Positions 14,560 through 27,534 of a stretch of 64,000 nucleotides of DNA are shown here, piece by piece. Under the pieces are notes generated by a model, which saw nothing but the letters and a program-made list of their open reading frames with translations, had not been told where the DNA came from and did no database searches. Position 1 is the first letter of the stretch, and each line of letters begins with the position of its first letter. Where the stretch lies: positions 94,054,001 to 94,118,000 of the forward strand of contig OZ024740.1 of NCBI GenBank assembly GCA_964016885.1, written 5' to 3'. A program made the position numbers and the translations under genes. Source of the stretch: Eledone cirrhosa. Taxonomy: Eukaryota.

Positions 14560-14561
<2 letters not shown>
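13803..14561 (-). mobile_element. Retrozyme-like unit (~518 bp) with partial tandem and inverted copy (family D)
   Basis: atgagagacgtaa at ~13805 recurs at ~14323. 14374-14561 is an inverted copy spanning the unit junction. (TA)n on both sides. Confidence 0.8.
13858..13933 (-). ncRNA. Type I hammerhead with 43 nt branched stem II region
   Basis: actttc-CTGATGA-(43 nt including hairpin ggaat tactcc attcc)-GAA-actaattagt(palindrome)-T-ggaagt. Confidence 0.7.
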
Positions 14562-14610
<49 letters not shown>

Positions 14611-14615
<5 letters not shown>

Positions 14616-14997
14616 CTTGGACATTGACGAAGAAACTCATTCAGATGGTGGATGGGTGCTACACGAGAATACTGAGGATGGCTCTGAACATTAATACACT
14701 GAGGTTGAAAAAACTTAGAGCTGTATGGGAGCCTCCCAAAAGTCACCTCAAAAGTGACTCAGAGGAGATTGGGGTTAGCTGGACATGCTCACCGTCATCA
14801 AGAGTTGACATTGCACTCAGTGCTCCTGTGGGAGCCCCTACATGGACACACTGGAAGAGGATGACGAAGGTTAACGTATGTTGATTCCCTAAGGACATAC
14901 ACCGGTCTGTTGGAGACGCATGGCATGGCAGCGATAATGAGGGGCAGAGACCGCTGGAGTGAACACGTCGATGGATCTCGGGAATTTTACACGCCCT

Positions 14998-14998
<1 letters not shown>
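14611..14998 (+). pseudogene. RTE/RTEX-type LINE, 3' ORF2 fragment
   Basis: ETWTLTKKLIQMVDGCYTRILRMALNI..LYGSLPKVT..RRLGLAGHAHRH..LLWEPLHG..GRG. Flanked by (TA)n. Confidence 0.75.
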
Positions 14999-15047
<49 letters not shown>

Positions 15048-15049
<2 letters not shown>

Positions 15050-15972
15050 GGTGGCTGCCAACTCGTTTTCGAGTACGGCCACTACCATATATCCATGTAG
15101 TAGAATCTCTACCGTTGCGCTGAACGAGTGTGACGTTTTAGTCCAGCCAGCGACTTGAACACTCTGTTAAAAACACTACACTTGGGACAATTATTGACAC
15201 ATAGTGCTGGGCCCATGGTACCATGTGACGACAAGTGCAGAGAGATATCCAGATATAAAGCAATGCCTGTGCCGTGAAGCTTTTATAGTGAGCAAAGGCA
15301 CTGCACAAAGCCTGTCCCACTCTCTTAACCAATATGATATTTACCAAAAAGAATAACAAGTCAACATCATTGGATACCATCAGAGTTGCAGGTGTTATAA
15401 AAGAGATTTCCTTCTCCTAGAATTTTGCCTTGACAAATGCTAAGGGGTCATCTCTCCCATTGATTTTCGATGGCCATTGACACTTAAGAGCTCCTTTGCC
15501 CTTTGCCAGGTTTTGTTTTTAGTCCTGCAGCATGTCTAAAGTCGCCCTCCTCACCAAGAAACCTTGGCGGGGTTGCCAGTTTGGGTCGCCATATATGTAT
15601 ACATACTCGTTTTCGAGTAGGAGGCAGAATTCTAGGAGAAGGAAAACTCTGATATAACACCTGCAACCCTGATGGTATCCAATGATGTTAACTTGGTCAA
15701 GAGAGTGGGACTGGTTTGTGCAGTGCCTTTGCTCACTATAAAAGCTTGACGGCACAGGCATTGCTTTATACCTGGAGATCTCTCTGCACTTGTCGTCACA
15801 TGGTACCATGGCCCCAGCACTATGTGACAATAATTGTCACAAGTGTAGTGTTTGTACCAGAGTTTTCAAGTCGCTGGCAGGACTAAAAAGTCACACTCGT
15901 TTAGCGCATCGGTAGGGGTTCCCCTACATGGATATAAAGTAGTGGCCGTACTCGAAAACGAGGTGGCAGCCA

Positions 15973-15975
<3 letters not shown>
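15048..15975. mobile_element. Two head-to-head copies of a non-coding dispersed element, probably derived from an RTE 5' UTR
   Basis: 15048-15590 and inverted 15620-15975, with a third copy at 49942-50357. Contains tctaggagaaggaaaactctga, recalled as typical of RTE 5' regions. Confidence 0.65.
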
Positions 15976-16016
<41 letters not shown>

Positions 16017-16026
16017 ACATATATTA

Positions 16027-16083
<57 letters not shown>

Positions 16084-16106
16084 GTATATATACATTATAT
16101 TTATAT

Positions 16107-16165
<59 letters not shown>

Positions 16166-16194
16166 GTATATATACATTATATTTATATTCATAC

Positions 16195-16225
<31 letters not shown>

Positions 16226-17290
16226 TGTGTGCGTGTGTGTTTGTTTGTGTGTGTGTATGTGTGTGTGCGTGTGCGTGCGTGTGTGTGTTTGTGTATTAGT
16301 TAAATTAGGAAATCAATCTGAAAATTCGAAATACCTCTGAAACTTTTCCAATTAGGAAATACATTACTAAACTTTACACACCAGCATGTCACTCCGATCA
16401 GTTATTTTCTATTGTTTTATTTAAACAATACTTTGTTTAAACACATTTTATCACAGACATACTAGTACAGGCATGTATATTAGTTTGTTTGAATGCCCAT
16501 GCGGTTGCGTATGGTGTTTGTGCGCTCTAGTGTGGGTTGGTGTTTGTGATATTGAGTACGTGTTGATCTTTTTTTTGTGTGTGTGTGCTTCTGTGTACGT
16601 CTAACTAATTTATAAAATTTAAAGCGATGTAATGTTTCACACACAAATTTGGTAGGCGGATTCGCATGTTTGTGCCGGGTAAATTTCCGTAAATACTCGT
16701 TATAAATGATAAAATACTTAGCTAGTTGCTGTAGGTGAAATTGTCTGTGATATCATTTCATACATAAAAGAACAAATAAAAAAGAAAATTCATAAACGCA
16801 TTACGAATAATTCAGAAAAACATACATACTAAATAGTTTAATGTTTGTAAAGATTCACTCCTTCCCAATTATCTATGAATAACGTCTAAAAGGCCTCTAT
16901 AGGATGGGAGGCAACTCCTGTCTCCACTCGAAATTAGATGAATACCGTAATTTCTGTGAACAATCATAACTCGATTCCTCCTCTATACTGATTCGCATGT
17001 ATACTATATATATATAGTACATGATTACAGATGTGTACGCGTATATATAGAGTATAGTATATATTTGTGTATATATATATATGTGTGTGTGTCTGTCTGT
17101 CTCTGTGTGCGTGTGTGTGTGAGCGTGTGTTTGTGTGCGTGCGATACAGGCTTACACTGACACACACATATATACCCACACATACTCACACACATTCACA
17201 CACACACCCACCCACACACATATTCACTATATACTATATATACGCGTACACATCTATAAACATATTCTATCTATATCATGTACTATTTAT

Positions 17291-17337
<47 letters not shown>

Positions 17338-17452
17338 TGTGTGTGTGTGTGTGTGTGGGGGGGTGTGTGTATGTGTGTGTGTGTGTGTATGCGTGTTTGT
17401 CTATATATAAATGTATATATATATATATATAAATACATATGTATATATATAC

Positions 17453-17543
<91 letters not shown>

Positions 17544-18369
17544 TGTGCGTGTGTGCTTGTGTATATATATACATGTACAAAGAGAGAAAAAGAGAATTAG
17601 GGAGTCAAGTTTATGCATCTAAATGAAAACGATAGGGAGAATCGTATACTGATTTGTGTATACTACATACTCTCACACTTGCATTTCGACATCTACACAC
17701 GCTGACAAATAGACAAACCGATATGTTTTGTGTGTCTGCATGATCATCAATAGACGTATACACACATATGTGACTATGATGTATTAATTAGATTTCAGTA
17801 CATATTGTTCCTCGACTCTGAATAAGTTAGATTACTTATGAAATACTTTGAACTTTACGAGAAAGAATTATTTCAAGCTACACTATATATATACATATCA
17901 TAACACCTACACACATACAATCATATGAACATACAACAGAATATATGGATATGAGAAAATTAATCTGTGTATATAATTATATACACACAAGCACGCACAC
18001 AAACAACAACAAAAGAAAACACATCCACGTATACAGCGCTTACAGACAAAGACACGCATCATATTTATGATGTATGTATGTGTTTAAATGTATGTGTGCG
18101 TATGTTTGTAGATGCGTATGATTGTAGGTACTAGTGTATGTTTTTTGTATAAATACACAACTTTAAAAGAAATATATGCAAATATATACGTTCCGCCGAA
18201 GCAAGGAAAGAAGTACATGTTCTGCGGTTTTAGATGCTTGTACTACTGATGAAAGGCAGTAGGGTGAATTAATTGTAGAAATTGCATGTGCTGGTGCAAC
18301 AATGCATCAGCTTCAACGTTAAAATATCAGAAAAGAGGAAGAAGACCTAAAAGCGAAATTATCTGTGTG

Positions 18370-18803
18370 CAATTCGGTATCCATGCCAGCCCTTGCCTAT
18401 GGCCATGAATGTTGTGTAATGACCGAAAGAATACGATCGTGAATAGATCGGCCGAAATAGGTTTCCTCTGACATGTCCTTGGTGTAACGTTATTCGATAG
18501 AGTGCGTAGCTTGGATATCAGAGTGTCACTTAAGCCCAAGCCGCTACTTCTCCGAGTTGAGAGATCACAGATCCGATAACATAGACATGATTTTAGACTG
18601 GTTCAGGAAAGAATGGCTGGACATATTTTAAGGGCAAAACCAACTGACAGGAGACACAGATGCAGACCCCAAGCAAGATGGCTGGATAACATCAATGTGC
18701 TTGGCTGGTCTCAATTGGGGATTCATCCGAATCAGTTGGAGTGAGTTGCATGTGACAGGACCCGCTAGCAGAGCTTGAGGACTCTGCCGCAACGATCCTT
18801 TCA
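18370..18803 (+). pseudogene. RTE-clade (Expander/Rex3-like) LINE 3' fragment
   Basis: PALAYGHECCVMTERIRS..AEIGFL..GVTLFDRVRSLDIR..PLLLRVERSQIR..RPQARWLDNI. Ends in (AAT)n. Confidence 0.75.
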
Positions 18804-18835
18804 ATAATAATCATAATAATAATAATAATAAAAAT

Positions 18836-18870
<35 letters not shown>

Positions 18871-18871
<1 letters not shown>

Positions 18872-21152
18872 TTATTTATTGGCCACAAGGGCTGACATCA
18901 AGAAAAACATCACAGGCGGAACAGGACGGTACGATGTGGGTTTTGTGCGTGTAAATATTTTTATTATTTATATAAGAAATGAAAAAAAAGACATAGAAAC
19001 ATATATATATAAACAATAAAAATGAAAATTGAAACAATGAAAAATTCCCCAATAGGGGGGAAAACTCCGAGGGGTACACGTAGCGAAAACCACACAAAAG
19101 ACTACGGCCACCCTAGCAACCAGGGCAAGCGCCCTCTCTCAATTTTTACATCTCTCAAACTACAGACGTATATTCAGAGTGGTCCCGTTCACTCGGACCA
19201 TTCTCGCTACATTCACCCACCTTTCAACAAACTTGCTAGAAAGCAGCCCTTGCCTCTCCACCCTGATTTTCCTCTTCAAGTGAAACTTGAAAAAGTTAAT
19301 TAGGGATTCGCCGAAGAGGAAAGTGTCTGTATTTAACCCTTTTAACCTTGTCCACCACTCAATCGCTTTCGCCATGGCCACCGGGCAGAGGAAAACCGCC
19401 CACCTTTCCACCCCGAAGGATGACGGCGGGACTATCTGCACAATGGACTCAGTCGACAACGGGATCAGTCCCACATACGACAGCAACTGTTCGACATAGC
19501 CCCACAAGTCAGCAATGCTCGGGCACTGAACGAGTGCGTGCACAACGGTTTCGTCGCTATGCGCGCATCTCGGACAGGCTCGGCTGACGGCACTTCCGTG
19601 CCTGTAGAGCATATCACGAACCGACAGCGCTCCCCGGTAGCACAGGCCAGAGATTTTTGGAAGTTATCCATAGGCCCCGGGCTGAAAGTTCTCCGGAAGA
19701 GAGCAAACAGCTGATCTTCTTCGACGCCCAGGATCTCTCCGAGGAATTCGTCGCTCTTCCCCTCCACTAGTCCTCTATAGAACGCCGAGGTGGATGTTCC
19801 ACTGATACTGGTGCCCAGCTGGGAGAGGGCAGTGGGCGCCTGGAGACATTCCAGTTTCCAAGCGCTATCCCTCGGTCTTTTTGTGACCCAGGACTACAGC
19901 TCCGTCAAGGAGACGAGCTGCGGGAAAACGTGCCTGGCGAACAGCGACCACACCCGTTCACCATCAAGGTAGCACCAGATTTGACGCAGCCTCAGCGCAT
20001 GTTTGCGCATCATCAGCCATGGCTAGCCCAGTCCTCCACGCAACGGGTGTTGACAGCAGACGGATCGTCTGACCATGGGAGCGCGTCACTTCCACAAAAA
20101 GCGGAAGAGGAGGCTGTCCATTTTGGTGAGAGTTGGGTTGGAGCAAGGCACGACGGTGAGGCGTAGCAGATGACGGATGCGATGTACGCATTCGCCACCT
20201 CCGCCCGGCCTTTCAGGGACATATTCCTCTCAGCCCATTTCTGGGTGAGGGAAGCCACCCTGCTCGTCACCTCGTTCCAGTTTTACTCCATCTGGAGGTC
20301 CGGTCCGAACCAGACCCCGAGCAATTTAACCTGTCCGTCCGTCCAACACCCCACGATGTAGCGTCGATACATTCCTGGTAAGTTTGTATAAGCATTTGCA
20401 TGACTATACCTGACTAGTTCTCCTCCCAATTTTTCTACTTGCAGCATGGTCGTCCTGTTCTCGAATTCAGCAAGGACAGACGCGGCCAGCCAAGGAATTT
20501 GCACGTCGGGTGGGACGTGGTTCGCTTTGACCCTCAACATGTTCTGCGCGCAGTAGGAGGGAACCAAGACTATCATTTCACTCTTTAGGGTTTCCAAATT
20601 GTGAGACTTTGCTTCCTGGTGAGTGGCGAAAAGTACGTCTACTGTGGCGTACTTTCTGCCTCGGATGTTGTGGGTTTTGCGTGCCCAGACGCATCCCAAG
20701 GCCTTTTGGATTTGAGACTCCGTGGCTCTCTCCACTCGATGTGAGATTTTGCTTACGGTTCGGTAAGTCACCGTCCGTTGCTGCTGGTCCTTGAACAAAT
20801 CGGGTGGAGGTTTCAGGTAAACACTATTTGCGTTTCTTGTCACCATGGCCCATGCGACAGCCATCTCCTCCTCAGGGACTAACACTGTCTCGATATTTCT
20901 GGCGGCACCTGCAAAAGAAGTGGTCCCTTTTTCAGCAGCACCACTATTGCTGCCGCTACTGGTCTTACTGGTGGTGCTGAGATCGCTAATACGGGTATCG
21001 GTGTCATTGTTGTTGTTTTCGTTGATATAGTTGTTGGTGTTGTTGTTGTTGTTGTTGTTTTCGTTGATACTGTTGCTGTTGTTACTGTTATGGTGGCTAT
21101 TGTTATTATTGTTGTTTTTGTTGCTACTTTTCTTACTATTATTGTTTTTGTG
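18871..21152 (-). mobile_element. L1/Tx1-type LINE, internally deleted (ORF1 joined to ORF2 C-terminal third)
   Basis: ORF 20283-21200 has poly-N and an ORF1-like region running into VKLLGVWFGPDL. Downstream are LSLKGRAEVAN and the CPRCAHSDETVVHALVQC zinc knuckle. AATAAA then (ATT)n at the 3' end. Confidence 0.85.
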
Positions 21153-21176
21153 ATAATAATAATAATAATAATAATA

Positions 21177-22725
21177 AGGTAAGGGAGAGCTTACCATCAA
21201 TTACGTCCTCTTCATGGACGATGTTAAGCTCTTCGGGAAGAGTGAGAAGGATTTGGATGTGCTTCTTGACACTGTCCGTATTTTCTGCAATGATATATAT
21301 ATATGCAATTTGGTATTAGTAAGTGTGGAGTCCTTGTGATGAAGAGGGGTACATTGAGCAGAAGCAACGGAATCCAGGTACCAACAGGTGAGATGATAAA
21401 GAAAATTGACACTGAAGAAGGATAAAAGTATTTGGGTGTTCTGGAGGCTGATGGCATCAATAACAAAAAATGAAGGAATTGATAATATCTGAATACATTC
21501 GGAGAATAAGGAGCGTTTTAAAGTCACACCTGAATAGTAGGAATGCCATAAGTGCAGTACATTTCCGAGCTGTGTCTATTATTAGGTCCAGTGCGGGAAT
21601 TCTAAGATGGACTGTTTCTGAACAAAAAGAAATGGTTAGGAAGACTAGGAAGCTATTGACTATCTACAACATGTTCCACAACAGGAGTGATGTCGATAGA
21701 CTCTACTAAAGGAGATATGAAGGTGAAAGAGGTCGTATCAGCATAGAGGACTGTTTTAGAGGGAGAAAAACAACCTACACAAATACGTGACTCATAGTAG
21801 GAGCCACTGCTCAGAATTGTACTGAAGGAGAGGACAATGGACCAGGGGATGTCCAAGGAGGAAATAACAACAATGAGAAAGAGCAGCCTTCATGAAAAAT
21901 CCCTTCATAGTAACTTATTTGAGAAAACTGAATTCAGAGATCCACAGACATGGAACTGGTTGAAAAGAGGCGACCTTAAAAAGGCTACAGAAGGAATGCT
22001 AATGACTGCGCAAGAGCAGGCCCTCAAAACGAAGTGGTTGAAACACGATATTTAAAAGGAGGAGGCTAGCCCACTGAGCAGGATCTGTGGAGAGAGAGAG
22101 GAGACTGTGGCTCACATTGTATCCGAGTGTAAACACCTTGCCCAGTCTCACTATAAGGGCTGGAGACATGATGTGATGGGAATGGTGATCCACTGGCACC
22201 TATGCAAAGTAAACAATTTTCCACATTCTGAGAAGTGGTATGTGCATAAGCCAGAGTCGGTGATAGAAAACGATCAGGTGAAGGTGCTATTGGATTTTAG
22301 TATACAGACGGACAAGAAACTGGAACACAATAGACCTGACTTGGTGGTTTTGGACAAGGAAAAAAGATCGTGCCTGATTGTGGATGTGGCCTGCCCATTC
22401 GACACGAGAGTGCAAGAGAAAGAGAGGGAGAAAATTAACCGATACCAGGACTCAAAGTGGGAGGTAAAAGGATTTGGAACTGCCATGAAGTCAAAGTGTA
22501 ACCGATTGTCATAGGCGCACTAGGAACTATCTTAAAAAGTTTCCAGGTTAGGTTAAAGAAATTGGCCCCGCCACGCTTTTTGGAACGCTTCAAAAGGCAT
22601 GCTTGCTGGGAACAGCAAGAACCCTCCGATACGTCGTGAACATCTGAGGCTGCAGGTAGTGGCTTGATATTCATTTCAACAAACTTTCCAGTTAACTAAC
22701 GTCAATGACTGAGACTCAAAGAACA
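21177..22725 (+). mobile_element. 5'-truncated R4/Dong-type non-LTR retrotransposon (RT plus RLE), decayed
   Basis: LFMDDVKLFGK, RICGEREETVAHIVSEC, RHD and HNRPDLVVLDK..IVDVACPFD motifs. (AAT)n on both flanks (21153-21176, 22731-22787). Confidence 0.9.
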
Positions 22726-22730
22726 ACAAC

Positions 22731-22788
<58 letters not shown>

Positions 22789-23344
22789 TAGGGAAGTTAC
22801 GCACGTGGTGGATAGAGTGTTATGGAATCGCTCACTTAAGTTTTGGATTTTTACGTATTTAAAACAATTGTGATAGAATAATTCTTATTACAAATGGAAC
22901 ATAAGATTAGATTACAGTTTTAACTCTCATCAAGTCACAAGGCGTCACATTTTGGCATAGGGCCCCAATATTTACTACAAGGAAAAACAACAGGCAAATA
23001 ATTTCACCACCAACACCACCACCCCCGCCGCCACCATCACCACTACCACACAAAAAAATCTAGCCAAACCAACTGTTACTTCAACACCATCATACAGTAC
23101 TACTATCACATCACCAACACCACCACTGCATCTTTATCGCTCCCGCCGCTATTCTCCCCACTACCTCCTGTCAAGACAGAGGGATAGTAGTATTCCCACT
23201 AATTGTGGAAGGTATCACACGATATAAATAGACTGATTTGGTGACCCGGTTAGAAGCAACAACAACCACACCAAAAACATTATTGCTGCTGTACTTCTAA
23301 AACTCTCTGAAAGTGTTTCGTTTAAACGATGTCAAATCTAAACT

Positions 23345-23660
23345 ACAATATAATAATAATAATTGTTTCAATTTTTTTTTTTTGGCGCAGGGCGGGCAAT
23401 TGCCTTGTGCATTGCTGGTGCTTTGTTTTATCGACCCCGTATAATATAATAATAATAATAATTGTTGCTACTGTTGGGACAAGCACAACAATTGCCAAGT
23501 GCATTGCTGGTGCTTTGTCTTGTCGACCCCGTAGGGAAGCAGGGCAAAGTTAACCTCGGTTGATAATAATAATAATTGTTTCTACTTTAGGCACAAGGCC
23601 AGCAATACACCAGTACATTACTGCTACTTTATTTTATCGACCCCGTAAGTATGAAAGGCA
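23345..23660 (-). mobile_element. Cluster of SINE 3'/core fragments separated by (AAT)n
   Basis: Repeated aataattgtt..ggcacaaggccagcaat..ttatcgaccccgtaagtatgaaaggcaaa, the reverse complement of the SINE at 46414-46600. Confidence 0.7.
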
Positions 23661-23993
23661 AATAATGATAAGCAACAAGTCGAAACAAATTTCAAAAGTT
23701 TTGAACGCAACAGCCCTACTTCTCGTGAAGCTAAAATAAAAGAATAAAAAATTAAAATAGCAAAGCAGCAACGAAAAACGTAAGGAAAATAAAAACAAAA
23801 AAACTAACCAGTCAGACATTCAAACATTACAATGAAACTTATGTTTATTTTTTAAATGTTTTTACCTATTTATTTGTTATTTGATTTATGTTCGTCTACA
23901 GCGTGATAGTGACACGCTAAAATCACTGGGAGTGATGAAGTCACCGGTTGTTATGTAACTATAAATTCAACAATCCTCGATATGAGTGTTTAA

Positions 23994-26900
23994 ATGTCGA
24001 ACCTAAACAGTTCGAATAACGGTGAAGTGGAGACTGGAATGTCATATGACAGACTCTCACCCATCAGGTGCTCCCTGGTCCAGCAGCAGAGACCTGGCTG
24101 TCATCCAAATACTGCTGGTGTTGGAGGAAGAAAAGAAGGAAAAGGACCACAACCAACTGGACGAAAGAAGTGAATAGAACTGTTATGCAATGTTACATGA
24201 AGAGTAGCCCCATGGAAAAAGGCTATAGGAAATGGATGCATAACATCTGGAACGAGATTGGTCTATTTAAATTAGATTAACAAAGATTGGCCGAGCAGGC
24301 TCGCTTAATAAGAACTAATGGGTGGATAAGCGAGCTGGAACTGGAGGAACTGAGCAGAGAGATTAGGTTGGAAATGGAGGGTGGAGTATGCTAGGCAAAC
24401 GAGCCAGTGGGAAATGAAGGTGAAGATGTTGAGAGAACGGAGGAACCATCCGAAGCATACAATGATTTAAATGCTGAAATAAATAATACCTGGAACAAAG
24501 ATACAGGCCATTGAGGAAATGAATGCTGACGGGCTAGGACAATATTTGGTTGAAATCCTAAATTTAGTGGTCGATGAAATGAACAATGATAGTGGGAAAC
24601 CTATGAACCTAAGATTTGTAGACAGGAAAAAGTTAAAAGGAACAACAGCTAAGGTAAACAAAGTCATCCCATATATTGAGGCGAGGAACCTTCACCAGTT
24701 CAACAATATCCTCAAAGCAACAGCAAATGCGGTGAGAAAGTTACTTGGCATAAAAGCGAGAGGAAACAACAACAAGAAAGATGAATACATTGGTGGAAGA
24801 AACGACTGTATGGTCAAATGAGGGAAATGAGAAATGACATTGGAAAGCTTGAGTCTCTACTGAATGGGACAGTATAAAACATAGACACGAAAAATAGACT
24901 GGAAATAAAGTAGGAGGAAAAAGTTAAATATTATCATAGAGGAACTGAAGCAACGCATTGTAGCAAAGAGTGCACAGATTAGGCGACACGAGAGCAGAGT
25001 CAGTCAGTATAGACAGAACAGCATGTTTGACCACATCCAGAAGTTTTTGTTTGGACAGCTTGAAGGGAGAGAAAGAGGCAACGACTTGATCCCTGAGGCG
25101 GAATAAACTAAGATATTCTGGAGAGGAATATGGGAGCAGGTTGTTAAACATAATGATCAGGCAGTGTGGATTGAGACAGTACAAAAGGAGATTAATGAAC
25201 AGGCACACCAACAAACTGATTTGAGCATCACCGTTGAAACTCTTAAGGGGCAGTCCAGAAACTAACCAAATGGAAATCACACGGCCCAGATGGTGTGCAG
25301 GGGTATTGGATTAAAAATATAACATCCTTCCACCCGAAGCTGACAAACATGTTCAATGTCAGGTGAGTTACCAGAGTGGTTGACAAAAGGTATAACAGTT
25401 CTGGCAATGAAAGACCGAATCAAGAGTAATGATGTTACCAACTATAGACCTATCACATGTCTGACCGTAATGTGGAAACTGTTAACAAGCATTGTGTTTG
25501 AGGAAATCTACCATCACCTCCACATAAACAACTTGTTATCGGACGAACAGAAAGGATGCCGAAAGAAGTCCCTTGGTACAAAGGACCAGTTACTTATTGA
25601 TAATATGGTAATGAGGAATTGCAGGAGGAGACACGTTGGTCTTATCATTTAATGCATAGACTACAAACGCATTCGACATGGTACCTTCATACTTGGATAA
25701 CCAAAAGCCTAGAGATCTTGAATGTGGCAGATAACATCAGACAATTTTTGAGCAAAAGTATGAAGTCCTGGAAAACAGAGTTAACATCGAGCGGCGAATC
25801 CTTGGGAGGCGTGAAGATCAAGAGAGGTATCTTCCTGGGAGTTAGTTTATCCCCTCTGTTGTTTGTCCTCGCCCTGACCCCCCTGACCATTATACTGCGA
25901 AAAGTGAGGTAAAGGTACAAGTTGGGAAAAGGAAAGCTTACCATCAATCACCTCCTCTTCATAGACGATCTTAATCTCTTTGGGAAGAGTGAGAAGGAGT
26001 TGGATGTGCTTGTTGACACTGTCCGTATTTTCAGCAATGTTATATGTATGCAATTTGGTATTAGTAAGTGTGGAGTCCTTGTGATGATGCGGGGTAAATT
26101 GAGCTGAAGCAACGGAATCCAGGTACCAACAGGTGAGATGATAAAGGAAATTGACACTGCAGCAGGATACAAATATTTAGGTGTTCTGGATGCAGATGTC
26201 ATCAAGAAAAAAATAGTGAAGGAATTGCTAAGATCTGAGTACATTAGGAGAATAAGGGGCGTATTAAAAACACTTCTAAATAGTAGGAATGTCATCAGTG
26301 CAGTGAATTCGCGAGCTGTGTCTGTCATTAGGTACAGTGCGGGAAATCTGAAATGGAATGTTGCTGAACAAAAAGAAATGGATAGGAAGAATAGGACTCT
26401 ATTGACTATCTACAACATGTCCCACAAGAGGAGTGATGTAGATAGACTATACTTAAAGAGATCTGAAGCTGGAAGAGGTCTTACCAGCATAGTGGACTGT
26501 GTTGAAATGGAGAAAAACAACCTGCACAAATACGTGACCGACAGTAGGGAGCCAATGCTCAGAATTGTACTGAAGGAGAGAACAATAGACCTGGTGATGT
26601 CCAAGGAGGAAATAACAACAAGGAGGAAGACCAACCTTCGCGAAAAATCCCTTCATAGTAACTTCTTTGAGGAAACTGAATTTAGAGATCCACAGACATG
26701 GAACTGGTTAAAAAGAGGAGTCCTTAAAACGGCTACAGAGGGAATGCTAATGGCTGCGCAAGAGCAGGCACTCAAAACGAAGTAGATGAAACACCATATT
26801 TACAAGGTGGAGGCAAGCCCACTGTCTCGGATCTGTGGAGAGAGAGAGGAGACTGTGGCTCACATTGTATCGGAGTGTAGACACCTAGCCCAGACTCACT

Positions 26901-27472
26901 ATAAAGGCTGGAGACATGATGTGATGGGCATGGTGATCCACTGGCACATATGCAAAGTAAACAATTTACCACATTCTGAGAAGTGGTATGAGCATAAGCC
27001 AGAGTCGGTGATAGAAAGCGATCAGGTGAAGGTGCTATTGGATTTTAGGAAACAGACGGATAAGAAACAGGAACACAATAGGCCTGACCTGGTGGTTTTG
27101 GACAAGGAAATAAGATCATGCCTGAATGTCGATATAGCCTGCCCATTTGAAACGTGTGCAAGAAAAGGAGAAGGAGAAAATTAACCGATACCAAGACTTA
27201 AAGTGCGAGGTAAAACGCATTTGGAACTGTCATGAAGTCAGAGACGTCCCGATTGTCATAGGCGCACTAGGTACTATCTGAAATAGTTTCCAAGGATGGC
27301 TAAAGAAAGTTAGTCCAGCCCCGCTTTTTGGAGCACTTCAAAGGGCATGCTTGCTGGGAACAGCAAGAACCCTCCGATACGTCCTGAATAACTGAGGTTG
27401 CAGATAGCGGCTTGATATTCATTTCAACAAACTTTCCATTTAAATAACATCAATGTCTGAGACTAAAAAAAA
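23994..27472 (+). mobile_element. Near full-length R4/Dong-type retrotransposon with disrupted ORF
   Basis: N-terminal WTKEVNRTVMQCYMKSSP..GYRKWMHNIW, RT motifs YRPITCL, EQKGCR, LSPLLF and HLLFIDDL, then the CCHC region and RLE RPDLVV..VDIACPF. Followed by (TAA)n 27475-27532. Confidence 0.92.
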
Positions 27473-27473
27473 C

Positions 27474-27532
<59 letters not shown>

Positions 27533-27534
<2 letters not shown>

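Noticed and set aside
15048-15130. HDV-like ribozyme on the plus strand (P1 ggtggct/ggccact with G-U, CUGA, P2 actcgt/acgagt)
   Set aside because: No valid P3 or P1.1, a competing hairpin actcg-tttt-cgagt is present, and this strand is probably antisense to the element.
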